A stretch of 63,132 bases of DNA, counting the filler, from Chrysochromulina tobinii (Eukaryota): NCBI GenBank assembly GCA_001275005.1. It is 8 parts of 8 records of this genome, joined end to end, with 100 filler letters (N's around TTAATTAATTAA, not from the genome) between each part and the next. Parts side by side here need not be neighbours in the genome. Positions count along the whole stretch, not along the records: positions 1 to 8,819 come from JWZX01001401.1; positions 8,920 to 14,419 come from JWZX01001403.1; 6 more parts are not named here. The stretch is one strand, 5' to 3'. Every line of letters starts with the position of its first letter. Within the stretch, counting starts at the first letter, position 1. Under the pieces are notes generated by a model, which saw only the letters and a list, made by a program, of their open reading frames with translations, was not told where the DNA came from and did not search any database. The position numbers and the translations under genes were made by a program. Below are positions 1 to 12,110 of the stretch, piece after piece.

Positions 1-653
1 ACCAAGTGTGAAGCACCTCGCAGAAACCTGCATGCAAGAGGGGGAAGGGGGGGAGGGGGGATTTTGTGGCGGGTGTTCGTTGAGCGCGGCAAAATACTGC
101 CCGCGTGTAGGTGACTTGAATTAACCCACCAAACACACAGTGCCGTAGCACCGGCTGTCGCGTCTGTCGTGTTAACGTTCACATCAGACTCGACCCATCT
201 GCAGGTGCGCTCGCCTCGCCCTCGTCCTCGGCCTCGCCCTCGCCCTCGTCCTCGAGTGTAGTGAAATACAATCCACTCACCGATGGGATTGGCCATTTGG
301 GGGGCTGAGTGCCCAGTTGGCCCTTGGAGGCCTTGAGCTGTAGACGCTGCCCATCTAGGCACGGATTCACTCGGAGAATAAGCTGGAGGCGACGGCCATG
401 CTGCTGCTGCTGCCAGCGCCGCTGCTGCTGCTGGGGCACAGAATGCACGGGCCCGCAGGAAGGCCATCGCCAATGGCCTCCGTCGCGCGACGGCCTTCTT
501 TTGAGAGCCTGAGTGGCAACACGGCGGCGATACCACCGACGTGCTGCCACAGTGCCACTGTGCGAGGCATGCCTTAAGGCATCTTGCTCGCTGGCCGACG
601 AGATTGGCAGGCCACAATCCAGGCCAAGATGGATGAAACAAATGCTCGCCAGT

Positions 654-704
654 AATATGATCAGGTAGTTACCACCAGGAATATGATCAGGTAGTTACCA
701 CCAG
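654..704. repeat. Tandem duplication, 26-bp period (AATATGATCAGGTAGTTACCACCAG x2)
   Basis: Identical 25-mers at 654-678 and 680-704, overlapping the stop codon of the 695..1114 minus-strand ORF. Confidence 0.9.
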
Positions 705-1114
705 TCGAGCACCACCACAGGCACACCGCTCGGCATGAGCTCCATGACCTCCGCCTCAAACTTGTCGGTCTTCGAGCTCGCGTCCTCCATCGAGCGCAGC
801 TCACGCGCGTGGCGCGACACTGCGACGAGGAAATTGAGTGGGGAGTTTGTGTAGCGGTGGTCCGTGAACCAGCCGAGCAACAGATCTTTGTCGCCGCGCC
901 GACCGTTACGGATGATGATCTCGGAGGCAAGCCTCGCTTGGACCGAGGCCGTGACCTCGAACATTACGTAGCCGGTGCTCTCGTTGAAGCTGAACTTTCC
1001 CGGCGTGCTGCCATCACTCGGCGCGTCGTTGCAGTTCAGGAATTCGCGCACGACGGCGAAGTTCTGCTCAGCGGCTTGGCTGTTGTCGGTCCGACCAATG
1101 CACAACCCAGCCAC
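695..1114 (-). CDS. Hypothetical protein (possibly a last exon)
   Basis: 139-aa ORF with globular-looking composition and G/C-ending codons; the frame is open upstream to ~1207. No family recognised. Confidence 0.35.
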   Translation of the reverse strand: MAGLCIGRTDNSQAAEQNFAVVREFLNCNDAPSDGSTPGKFSFNESTGYVMFEVTASVQARLASEIIIRNGRRGDKDLLLGWFTDHRYTNSPLNFLVAVSRHARELRSMEDASSKTDKFEAEVMELMPSGVPVVVLDWW

Positions 1115-1229
1115 TACGAGATTGAATGGACCAGCGCCGACGCGGGCGGCGGAAGCTTGGACTTCGCCAACTTCCGCAGCGTCGACGTCCCGTCGGAGGC
1201 GGCGCCTGCTTCAGACTCTTTGAGTTATG

Positions 1230-1760
1230 AATGTTAAATTTTTTTCCAGCGGCCCAGAAGTGGGTGGTTCGAAAAAGAACGGAAACGTTAAAATTTTTCC
1301 TTAACGTTGTTTGATGTTCATGTTAATGATGAAAGGCTTGTTGTTGTTAAACGTTAATAACACTGTTTTGCACTTTTGCATGTCAAAAAGGAGGTCAAAA
1401 AGGGTCAAAAATCTTACCAAAAAGGAGGTCCTACCAAAAATGGGTGTATGGGTCAAAAAGGAGGTCAACAAGGCACAAATCTTACCATAGATCGCGTATG
1501 GGTCAAAACGCAGGTCAAAAAATCTTACCAAAAAGGAGGCGCTGACCAAAAATGGGTCAAAAAGGAGGTCAAAAAGGGTCAAAGATCTACGGGAGTTGTT
1601 AATGTTAACGGAAAACCCTTAACGTTAACGTGTTGTTGTTAATGGTTCCTATTGTTGTTATGTTGTTAGTGTTAACCACTTCAACAGTGTTTGGTCCTTA
1701 ACGTTAGGAAACTCTACCCGTTCCCCCTAACGTAACCCGATAGTACCGAGGGGACCGCTG
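1230..1760. repeat. AT-rich block of short dispersed repeats (GGTCAAAAAGGA / TCTTACCAAAAAGG; (G)TTAACGTT), possible DNA-transposon subterminal region
   Basis: Abrupt AT-rich island. About 10 GGTCAAAA-type units at 1383-1583, with many TTAACG motifs on both sides. Confidence 0.6.
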
Positions 1761-1978
1761 TTAACTGCGGCTGCAGCCGCGTTGCCGTCTCTCCCGCGAC
1801 CAGCAATGTGACCCGTGACTTGGACTCCCTCCTTTGCCTTCCTACCTATTGCTATTCCCTCCCTCCCTTTGCCCTCCTATGCCTGTCCTCCTATGCCCTC
1901 CTTTGACCTCCTTTCCCTTAGGAGGGGCCTGCCCTTCGCTCGTTCCTCTGTACTCACTCAGTTCTGCCGAAACGGCCA

Positions 1979-4900
1979 TCACCTGTGCAAGCCTGGGGCC
2001 CGCGGGGCCTGGGCCTTCCTCCATCTCCGCAGGATGTCAACCATGAGCACGGTGATAATGGGAGATACCGACGCGCAGGCGAGCATGCCGAAGCCCTCCT
2101 CGGCGCCGACCGCCGTGGAGAAGCCGATGCCAGTGGAGAGCACAAATGGCACCGTCACGGGGCCCGTGGTCACCCCGGCCGAGTCCCAGGCGATGGTCGC
2201 CATGTCCTCGCTGGAGAAGTAGGTGAGGACGAGCGCGGCAAAATATTTGCCCAGGATGAACCCGATGAGGCTCGCCCCAAAAAGGATCTTTGTCGACCCG
2301 GCCGACATGCCGGCAGCGACGCCCACGCACACGGAGTAGACCAGGAGCTTGCGGGTAAAGGCTCCCTTGGACAGCTGCTCCACAGTCTTGCCCAGCACGT
2401 TGAGGGCCGGCTCGGCGCGGGTGGCGAGGAAGCCGAGGATGAAGACGGTGGCGATGGTGAGCGCGACCCCCCCGCCGTAGGGGTAGAAGGGTGAGGACGG
2501 CTCGCCGGACACCGACATGAAGGACGCGGGGAGGAGGAGGCCCACCTGGTCCCTGCAACGCGCGCAATCGAGACAGATTTAGAGAGGGGATGCGTGGGCG
2601 CACGGGGCGAGGCGAAGGGGGTTAGGCGATTTCAAGGGTGCGGTCAGGAGGTTGATGAAAATGCGGGACGGAGAGGGGCCCTGCGCTTTGGGACGGAGGA
2701 TGTGTCGGCACGAGTGGGGAGGAGGTCAACATGCTGATTGGGGTGGGCTGGAATCACAACGCCGCCGATCCCCTTGATAAGACTCACCCGATGGCCGTGA
2801 ACCCGTACGTGAGGCCGAGGTTGAACAGCACCATGCCGATCTGCCCCATGAAGATGCCGAAGAGGAGAGGGCCGGCGTTCGCCCAGGAGGACTGGGCGGG
2901 CTTTCCGTTGGGAGGGGCTAGTGAGCTGTCGTCAGGGGAGAGGGGTGCGGTGGAAGAGGACGCAGCTGCTGCTGCTGACGCCGAGCTCTCCTGCCCACCG
3001 GCCGATCCGGCGGAGGGGCCGGGCATCTCCGTCGGAGGCTCAACCTCGCCTCCTTCCTCCGAGGTGCCGGGCTTCTCGAGAGCCGCCTGCACCTCGGCAT
3101 CGCAGATGGTGATGGAGTGGCGGCTAGGTTGGCGGCTGAGGGGGGGGAGCTGCACCTTCTTGTTGAGGGCTCGTGTGTCGGCGTCCTCCGCCGCCACGAC
3201 AGGGGTGGCCGCGGCGCTGGAGGACGTGTCTCCTCCTGCATCCTCCCGCTTGGCTGGTGCAATGTCGACGACCGGATATATAGACAGGTGCGGGATGGGC
3301 TCCCGGATGATGAAGAGCACGAGGAAAACCATGGCGAAGTTGAGGGGCAGGATGGCGCGGACGGCGAAGACGACCTCGCGCAGGGGGCTGATCTCGAGCG
3401 GCGAATCCTCTGCGACTGCCGCCTCGGGCCGGTTGACGATGTCGTCGTGGGTGTAGATGAAGGAGAGGACGATGCCCAGGAGCTGCACCGCGAGGACGGG
3501 TAAGAGGGAGGCGAGCGTGACGATGCCGAAGCCGTCGAGCGCGGGCTGCTGCCCGCCCCCCTGGACGGCCTGCTGGAGCATCAGGCTGGCGAGCCTCTTC
3601 TCCTTGGACGTCTTCATCGCGCCGATTCCGAGTGCAAGGAGGACGGGCACGGACACGGGGCCCGTCGTCACGGCGCCGCAATCCCACGCAAGCCCGAGGA
3701 TGGGCTTGAGCTCCGGGTTGCCCCACTGCATGTAGCAGCTGCAGATGAGGCAGGGGGTGATGGTGGCCAAGATGACCTTCTTCATGTTCCACTCGTTCTG
3801 GAAGCGCAGGATCCCAACGATGGCTGCAACGCCCACGCCGAGCCCGATGGCGAAGATGAGGGGCTCGAGGAAGTCGTTGAGCACGATGTACAGGTAGGGC
3901 GTCTTGCTTCGTTCGACGAGGCGCGCCAGGGGCCGCAGGGAGGCCAGGGCGGGCTCAGCGTAGGTGCAGAGGATGCCGAGGCACATGGCGATGAAGAGCG
4001 TCGCAGCCTGGGGCAGCTTGCGGGGCGTCTCGCGGCCGATGAGCTCCGCCAGGGGCATGACGCAGATGCGCAGGGAATCGGTGAAGAGCGTGAGCCCCAC
4101 GATGGCGCACAGCATGCCCCCGACCAGCTCCCCCGGGGCGTTGGGTGCGCGCCCGAAGAAGATAGCGATCGTGAGGATGAGCAGGAGGGTGATGGGCACG
4201 ACAGCCAGCGTCTGCTCCTGCAGGTTCACGGCGAGGAGGCGGGCGTACGCGGCAGCCCCGGTCGAGTAGCCCCGCTTGAGGAGGGCCACCTCCAACGAGT
4301 CAACCCAGGGCATGCCGTTTGATCTAGTCGCCGCGAGCACGGGCGCGGCAGATGCAGCTGCGCTTTTCGCATGATCCATAGCCTCATTCATCACGCCAGC
4401 GACGTCATCGTTGCGGAGCCAGAAGGCGAGGCGGATCAGCCATGCGGGGAGGAGGATCATGTCGATGAACAAAGTCGTGACGATGACCATGTTCGACGAG
4501 CCGCGCCAGTTGACGAAGCGCGTGACCTCGAAGATGAAGTCGAGCACGCTGAAGAAGACGATGGCGCCGGCGAGCAGCCCGAGCTCCCTGGGAGCTTCCT
4601 TGCTGGCGTGAGTGAGCTTCGCCGCACAGCCGAGCGCGACGGCGATAAAGATGTCATCCATCGCAAAGAGCCAGAGCGAACGGGACTGCACGATCAGGTA
4701 GGCCATCTCGAGGGACTGCGCCGCGGAGATCGTGCCTCGGCGGGCGGGGTTGGCGAGCGCGTTGTCCGGGGGCGAGGCGAGCACTCCCCACGAACTCGTA
4801 ATCCATTCCGTCGTCTGCGACGTGCCAATCTCTGAGACGAACTCGACGAGGGTCAGCGCGGCGGCGAAGACCCACGCGAAGACGATGGTGCTCCCGGGGC

Positions 4901-5309
4901 TGACAGTCGAGCCGCTTTGGTCAAAGATCGCCGCGAGGGCCGATATCGGAGGGATGCAGAAGAACCAGCCCAAGACCGCGAAGAAGTGGCCGCTGATAAT
5001 GATACCGTTGGCGTTGTTGCGCAGATTCCAGGTCTCACGGATCCCGGCATCGTTGAAGCGATCGGCCTGGAAGCGGCAGTCCAAGAAACCAGGATCGTAG
5101 TCTCCGCTCCCTTTGTCTTCAAAGCCGATGGTCTTCCTGCCGGTATTGTTAGTCGTGTAAGCGCACGTGCCGGCGTCCAACTGCAGCCCAATGTTGCCGG
5201 CTCCGTTTTCCTGCCCACGACCGATCGAGGACAGGAGCGCTCCCATGGCGAAGCAGAAGGCCGCAAAGACTGCCTGGAACGCGACGGCGCCGTTCTCCAC
5301 TCTCGGCAT
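1979..5309 (-). CDS. Multi-pass membrane protein: N-terminal unknown TM domain plus two DUF1538 halves; exons 5309-2788 and 2552-1979
   Basis: DUF1538 motifs AEPAL and AWD[C/S]-x-x-VTTGPV[S/T]VP each occur twice. A GT-AG intron at 2787-2553 (GG|GTGAGT...TTGCAG|G) joins the two ORFs in frame (AIG-DQVGLL). Confidence 0.8.
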
Positions 5310-5947
5310 GGCACCCAGTCGCGAGTACGAGAGCGCCACTGGATGAGCGGGTGCTCGCGCGCTGTCGCGAGCACATCGGAGCACTTGCAACCGTGCGAGA
5401 ACAACCGAGCGCCCAGTCTGGGGTGGCGATGAACGAAGGTCACGTGACCATAAACGGGCTGGGAGGTGCAGCGCTCTGACGGCGCGCTCGGCGTGGTCGA
5501 ACGCCCAACACGTCCACGCTCCACCAAGGCTCGACTCGACAAATGCGGGCCGTTTGGCGTTTCAACATTTCCCTAGGAGAGCTGGGTCACCCTGATCGGG
5601 CTGGAACGGACGAGGAGATGATCAGAAATGAGGACGATCGCGATGGTGGTGATGGGTGAATTTACCCGGTCCTCCAACAGGACAAGAATACCTGTCACGC
5701 AGCCTCGGCGAGCCTCTCGCAAAGCGCGCGACGGGGTCAGACGCTCATTCCTCATAGCGTTGTGTACCGTTGCTACAGTTCGGCTATTTCTCAATTACAG
5801 GGGTCTCTGGGGCGAGCGCTGGGGGTCCCGTGGCGGCCATGTAGAGCGTTTTGTGAACAGATTCCAGCAACAGACTCGCCCCATGCGAGGTGGGAATACA
5901 TGCGATTTGCATGCGGGCGACACGGACAGGACGGTCCCCTTCCTTAC

Positions 5948-8819
5948 TCACACTCCATGTTCTCCCACCTTGGTCGAACAATCGTGCTCATGGTCGAACA
6001 TGACTGCAGCAGCGGTGGACGACTCGTCGTTGCAGCTGGATGGGCGGGGTAGTGGTGAGCTCTGCACCGACGAGTCGCCCACACCTTGTGTCGCAGAGAG
6101 GGCTTGCATGCACGCTTCGAGCCTCTCGAGCACGGTGCTCATGCTCGGGCGGTCCTCTGGACGCCACGCCCAACACTCGAACGTGAGTGCCGGGATCATC
6201 CCATAGAGATTAGGCTCGACGAACTGTGGCCGAAGCCCCCGGCTGGCGCTGAAGGCGGCAGCAGCTCCTGTCATCCCCTCAAAGGCGCGGCGCTCATGCG
6301 TGAGCTCCCAGAGCAAGAGTGCAAAGGCGTAGACATCCGCACGGTCCTCAAAGCTGACGAGCGTGCGGCCCAGGCTGCAGCTGCTGCCGCCGCTGCTCCT
6401 GCCGCTGCTGTGGCCAAGGCCGTCGTCACGATCGCAGCTCTTGCGCGCGTGACGTAACGACTCCTCCAATTTTTCGGGCGCCAAATACCGCATTGTGCCC
6501 CCCGCGCTGACCGAATTCCTGCGTTTACGATCCGCGTAGTTCAGGCTGAGGCTCGCCAAACCAAAGTCGGCGAGCTTGCACACCGTGTGGTTCGCGTCGA
6601 GCAGAGCATTATCCGTCTTGACGTCGTGGTGCAGGATGCCGTGCGAGTGGAGGAAGCACAGCCCACTCGCCAGCTGCACGCCGAAGCGAATCTTCTTGTC
6701 GCAGGGGAGCATGCCAGCCAGGTGTGGGCGTCGTCGTGGGCGTGGCGGCGGCTCCATCGCCAGCGCAGCGGCGGCGTTGATGGGACGGAGGAGGCTATGG
6801 AAGATGCGCATCCCGCTCAATGAGCTCGACGCGCTAGCCCGGACGGCTTCCCCGGGGGGGTCCACGTTGGACGTTGCTAGCCTTGGGTCGAAGAGGTATG
6901 CGGCGAGAGAGCCGCCGGCCATGTACTCAAGGATGAGCGCGGGCCGCTGCTCAACCCGCATGTGGCCGAAGAGGGCGCAGATGCACGGGTGGCGCAGGCG
7001 GCGCAGGATGGCCACCTCCTGGAGCATGGCCACCTCCTGATACGCGGCCGACGCGTCGATGGCCACGCCCTCTACGTCGAGCACCTTGACTGCGAGCTCG
7101 TTGCCCTGCCACCGCGCAAGCCAGACGGTCGCGAAGCCGCCTTTGCCGATCGGCTTGCCCATCGTAAGCGTCGAGAAGTCCACCAACTCGAGCTGCGTCG
7201 GCTCGTCGGAGCCCACCGAGGAGCTTTGGAGCGAACTCGTGGGGCGCTCCTCCTGGAGCCTGGGCACCCGACCGGACACCGCGTGCATGGAGATGGAATT
7301 GCTGTCAAGCAGCTGGGCGACCGCCCGTCTGCGCTTGCTCCGCTGCCGAATGCAAGCAATCACCACTGGAAGCGCAACTAGAAGTGCAGCACTGGAGGCG
7401 AGGGCTGCTACAATTAAGGCTGCTACAACTTGTGGTTGTAGCATAATGCCATTCGCAGCTGCAACCAGAGCAGCAGGTGGTGTCGGTGGCGCTCGTGGGC
7501 ACTGCTCATCGCGCGCTCGGTTGGCTGCGCTCGAGTTGCTGCCCTCGTGGCACGGTAGCGGTTCCGCGGCGCCTGGCGGGCAGAAGCTGCCTGGTTCACA
7601 AGGCAAACACACGGAGAGGCCGCCGAACGGAGCGTATGTGCCCGGGGAGCAGTCGACACACAATGTGCCAGCCTCACGTTGGCGCTTGCCGCGAGGGCAT
7701 GCTACGCACTCGGCGGCTCCCACTGAGCGATCATAGCCGGGCTTGCAGGGGGAGCATTCGCCGCGACCGTCGAGCTCGGTGTGCTCTTCGCACTCGTAGC
7801 AGATATCGAAATGGTCGTCTCGGCGTGAAATCGGAGCGGGGCAGCGGACGCATCCGTTGCCGTAGCGGCTGCGTGCGGTCCCAGGTTCGGAGCACCGGAT
7901 GAAGGGCAGCAGACGGCTGGGCTTGTTCTGCCCAAAGACCGAAACTTTATTCCCAAGCAGCACGTCGAGGTCGCCGTCGCCGTCCACGTCCGCTGCCGCG
8001 ATCGAGTACGTGAACGCGCTGCCGCCGGGCAACGTGATGCTCGTCGGAAAGGTGCCATCGCCCGCGTTGAGCAGCACTCGGCTCGGACTGTCCTGGTTCC
8101 CAAGCAACACGTCGAGGTCGCCGTCGCCGTCCACGTCCGCCGCCGCGATCGAGCGCGTAGACGCGCTGCCGCCGGGCGGCTCGATGCTCGTCGGGAAGGT
8201 GCCATCGCCCGCGTTGAGCAGCACTCGGCTGGGACTGCCCCAGTTCCCAATCAACACGTCGAGGTCGCCGTCGCCGTCCACGTCCGCCGCCGCGATCGAA
8301 GTCGTGATCGATCTGCCGCCGGGCAGGTCGATGCTCGTCGGAAAGGTGCCGCCGCCAGCGTTAAGCAGCAATTGGCTGAGACTGCGGTCGTTCCCAAGCA
8401 GCACGTCCAGGTCGCCGTCGCTGTCCATGTCCGCCGCAGCGATTGAGCGCGTAGATGAGCTGCCGCCGGGCAGCTCGACGCTCGTCGGGAAGGTGCCGTC
8501 GCCTGCGTTGAGCAGCACTCGGCTCGGACGGCCTTTGTTCCCAAGCAGCACGTCGAGGTCGCCGTCGCCGTCCACGTCCGCCGCAGCGATCGAGTACGTG
8601 CCCACGCCCACGCCGCCGCCGCCGGGCAGCTCGATGCTCGTCGGGAAGGTGCCATCGCCCGCGTTGAGCAGCACTCGGCTCGGACTGCCATCGTTGCCAT
8701 CGTTCCCAAGCAGCACGTCAAGGTCGCCGTCGCCGTCCACGTCCGCCGCCGCGATCGAGGCTGTGGGCGCGCTGCCCCCGGGCAGCTCGATACTCGTCGG
8801 GAAGGTGCCATCGCCCGCG
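5948..8819 (-). CDS. Receptor-like protein kinase: FG-GAP/VCBS repeats, Cys-rich repeats, one TM helix, TKL-type kinase (5'-truncated by contig end)
   Basis: About 6 repeats of AADVDGDGDLDVLLGN; CxxCxPGxY repeats; TM segment VVAALIVAALASSAALLVALPVVIACI then RQRSKRRR; kinase motifs GKGGFATV, AVK, HHDVKTDN, DFG, APE, DVYAF. Confidence 0.9.
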
Positions 8820-8919
8820 NNNNNNNNNNNNNNNNNNNNNNNNNNNNNNNNNNNNNNNNNNNNTTAATTAATTAANNNNNNNNNNNNNNNNNNNNNNNNN
8901 NNNNNNNNNNNNNNNNNNN
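8820..8919. other. Artificial contig spacer N44-TTAATTAATTAA-N44 (same spacer at 14420-14519, 21607-21706, 37564-37663, 48566-48665, 51236-51335, 56715-56814)
   Basis: The same 100-nt structure occurs seven times; the core 12-mer gives a stop in all six frames. Confidence 0.98.
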
Positions 8920-9616
8920 CCCCCTCTCCCCCCCTCTCGCACAGACCGAGTTGGCCGAGCAAACCGAGCAGCTCGCCGGGGTACTCAAGGCGCTGGCGCG
9001 GCTCGAACGCGTGCCCGCCTAGTGCCCACCACGACGCGAAGAGACGAGCACGGGGGAGATGGCACTGTGGTTACCACAACGGGGACCTCGCTCACAGCGG
9101 GGTGAGCTCGTTCACAGCGGGGTGAGCTCGGCGCGGGGAGGAATGTATTTTGGCGACTTTGCACAGTGCGGGCGCGCCAGCACAGACCGGTGACCAAGCT
9201 CTAAAGCGCTCGGACCATCTCATTGCGGCGCTCTTTTGAGAACGTCGAACAGCGAAGGTCGCCGAGGATGACAAGACTGATTACTGTGCGCGGGCCGGCG
9301 GAGCCGGGGTCCGTCGCGGTTGCGGCTTAGCGCGTCCGCGGAACCGGCTAGACGCTTTATGCCGCTTTACGCACCCGTAACGCACCCGCTGCGCGCTGGC
9401 GCCTGGCCCGCATGTCGGTGCATGTCGCGATGTCGGCAACGAGTTCAGCATGAAATTTGGGAGCGTGATCCGTGTTCTGACTCTCAAACGAACAGGTAGT
9501 GCGCGAGCCCACGCGCACGACACAATCCATGCCCCAGAACCTCTCGCCACCCATCTGGCCACAGAGGCCAGCGGGGGCGCACGCAAAAGCCATCACTGAT
9601 GGCAATGCTCTCTCTC

Positions 9617-10283
9617 TCAGCAGAGGACCCCGAACCTATGCATATCCTTGGGCATGACGCTCAATCGGATGATGACCTCGCCGGCGGGCTCGGTCTCCAG
9701 CCGGAATCGGTCCGCTGACGAGGCGATCACCTCAAGGTGCTTCAACCGCGGAGCGCCGCCGAGAAAGAAGGCTGCGCGCCGAGGAGCGATCGGAGGCACG
9801 GGCGGTCAGAGAGGGGCGGGTGGCGGCGACGCTTGTCCTTGCGTTCGGGAATAGGAGAGAGCGAGGAGGCTCGTGGGCGAGTGGCGGGCGCGGCGCACTT
9901 GAAAATTGCTCGCGCATCGAGCCGCACGGCCTCCAAGTGTGGCAGCGCAGCTCGTGCATGCCGGCCGTCGTTGGCACTATGCAGCAGCCGTAGCCCGCGA
10001 GCTCGATGCGGCCGTACCTGTCCACCCCGTACACCTCGATGCGCAACCGCGGCCACCCGTCGATGCCTTTGACGGCATAGTGCACGTCGACCGGATGGGA
10101 CAAGATGGCCATCTCACCCTCGGGCGGCATGTCGCAGTGTGTCTGCCCGGTTGGCAGGCCCTGGAGCAACCGGAAGTTGGTGCCTGCCTCGAACGAAAAT
10201 TTGCAAAAGAGGCTGGGCAGCTCGTAGTCGGTCGCGCCCACGATCTCTCCGATTACGTGCAGCTCGGGCTGGTCGCGCAGCAT
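9617..10283 (-). CDS. B9D2: B9 domain-containing protein 2 (ciliary transition zone); exons 10283-9899 and 9771-9617
   Basis: ELHVIGEIVGA, GQT, SHPVDVHYAVKGIDGWPRL, LAGYG, TWRP, GGAPRL, ADRFRL and RFGVLC match B9D2. A 127-nt GT-AG intron at 9898-9772 restores the frame (QFS-TFFLGG). Confidence 0.92.
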
Positions 10284-10453
10284 TGGACGTTGTTCCGCCA
10301 GTGTCGCGGGAGATCCGTGAATTCACAGGGGAAACCAAAGTCATTCACGCCGTCCGCGTGTCCGATACACCTCACTTCTTGCTTCGGCCCGGCTCGGCGA
10401 AGGATCCCTCAGCGAACGTCTTGGTGCGGAACCAATTCCGCTTGGAGAGCCAC

Positions 10454-11813
10454 ATGAGTAGGTTGCCGACCTGCAAGTTCTTTGCCCAAGGCTATTGTCA
10501 GTGGGGCGCACCGTGCCGATTCGCGCACGACGAGTCAGCTGCACAGGATGCCGATGCGGCCAAGCAGGCGCTTCTCCAGAAGATGGAGAGGTTGCAAGCC
10601 GAGATGGTGAAGATGAAGCAGCAACAGCACCAGCACCAGCACCAACGAGCAGCAGCGAGCGGCTCTGCGTCGGACGCCGCACCTCCAGTCGACGCTCCCG
10701 CGACGAAAGCTGCCAGCAGTAGCAGCGCGGTGGAAAAGCCGCGTCTAGGCAAGCAGCCGCTACCGACCCAGCCGCCACCGATCCAGCCGCCATCGACCCA
10801 GCAGCCTCCTGCGAAGCCGTCACCCACCCCGAAACCGTCACCCGCGAAGAGGCCGTGCACCGCGACCTACAGCTGCGGCGGCGGCGGCGATGCAGAGGAC
10901 TCGGCTTCACCCGCGCCGGTCCGCAAGGCTGCTCGGAGCGACGCGAACGGTGTCCCGCTCGCCAGTGCCGGTGCCGGTGCCGACGACTCGTGTCCATCTG
11001 CAACTTCGTGTTCGTCTCCATTGCCTGCTGCCAGATGTCCTTCGCCAAGCCTGGAGCGCACTCGTGCCTCAGCGACTGGCGGCGGCCACGAGGAGCACAA
11101 GAAAGCAGAGGAAGAAGAGGGTAGCTCAAACGGCGGCTTGCCGCAGGAGCTGCGCGGCGCCGCGCTCGACTGGGTTGCCGCGCGCATTCTGTCAAGAGGC
11201 AGCGTCCACAGTGTCCTCTTCGTCGACACCGAGAACGTGGGCGACTTCTGGCTGGAGGTTGCATCGGGCTTCGCCAGCCGCCCAGGGCAGCTCTTTCGCG
11301 ACGACGTCTTTGTGTGGCTGTTTGTCCCGGCCGGGTTCACGACGCGGCTGTACGCGGCCCGGCCCCTCCGACCCTTGTTTGAGGAGGCCCGAGTCGCCTA
11401 CTCTGTGTGCAACACATTGGACGCGAAGGGATGCACCGTTCCCGACGCTCTCGACGCCTTCCTCGCCTCTGCCATGGACCTGCTTGGCGAAATCGCACCG
11501 CGCTCCGTCGATTTCTGCTGACCGTGCCCTCGGGCCGATGAGGTCGGCCGCCGTGCGCCATGGCGCCTCGCGCGCCGTAAAGCGGGTCTCCAGGGAGAGC
11601 GTGAGGACCCAAAACGAGTTATTCACGACGATGTCGGCTCCGGCCCCGCGCCGGACGTCTGACCTGCAGTGTGGGCTTGGGGAGCTGTGGGAAGAGCTTC
11701 AAGGGTGCAGCGATCTCGTGGAGGGAGAGGAGCTCCAGCGCAGCGCCAAGCGCTTCAAGAAGCGGCGCGCCGATGAGTACAAGGCCAAGAGCCTCTCGTT
11801 TCTACTGCGGTGA
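10454..11813 (+). CDS. CCCH zinc finger plus C-terminal PIN/NYN-like RNase domain; frameshifted near 11510 (pseudogene or assembly error)
   Basis: C-x7-C-x5-C-x3-H at the N-terminus; LFVDTENV, VWLF and DALD motifs; the expected next motif ISADRAL...G...VKRV continues in another frame to 11813. Confidence 0.6.
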
Positions 11814-12110
11814 CGCCACAGCAGAGAGGGAAATTTCTTCCATTGGACAGTTGCTGCGCGAGTTTGGTCGCGTGTGTGCCCGCTGTAAGCCGCCACGCGG
11901 GCCGCCGAGATGCGAAAGGCAACGGACCAAGAGCACGTGCTTGCACCTCGTGAGTCTTGCCTCGCCCCCTTCTCGCCACTAGGTTCTGGTGATCTCAAAG
12001 CTGTAACGTCCAATAAACAAAGCTGCAGCGGGCAGGGGCACTAGTCCGCAGCCGGCGTAACGAGCATGATTTCCGTCGCGCGTACGACGACTCGTCCGAC
12101 ATGAGAATGT

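Noticed and set aside
1301..1642. Two small ORFs (93 and 88 aa)
   Set aside because: They are translations of the GGTCAAAAAGG repeat block.
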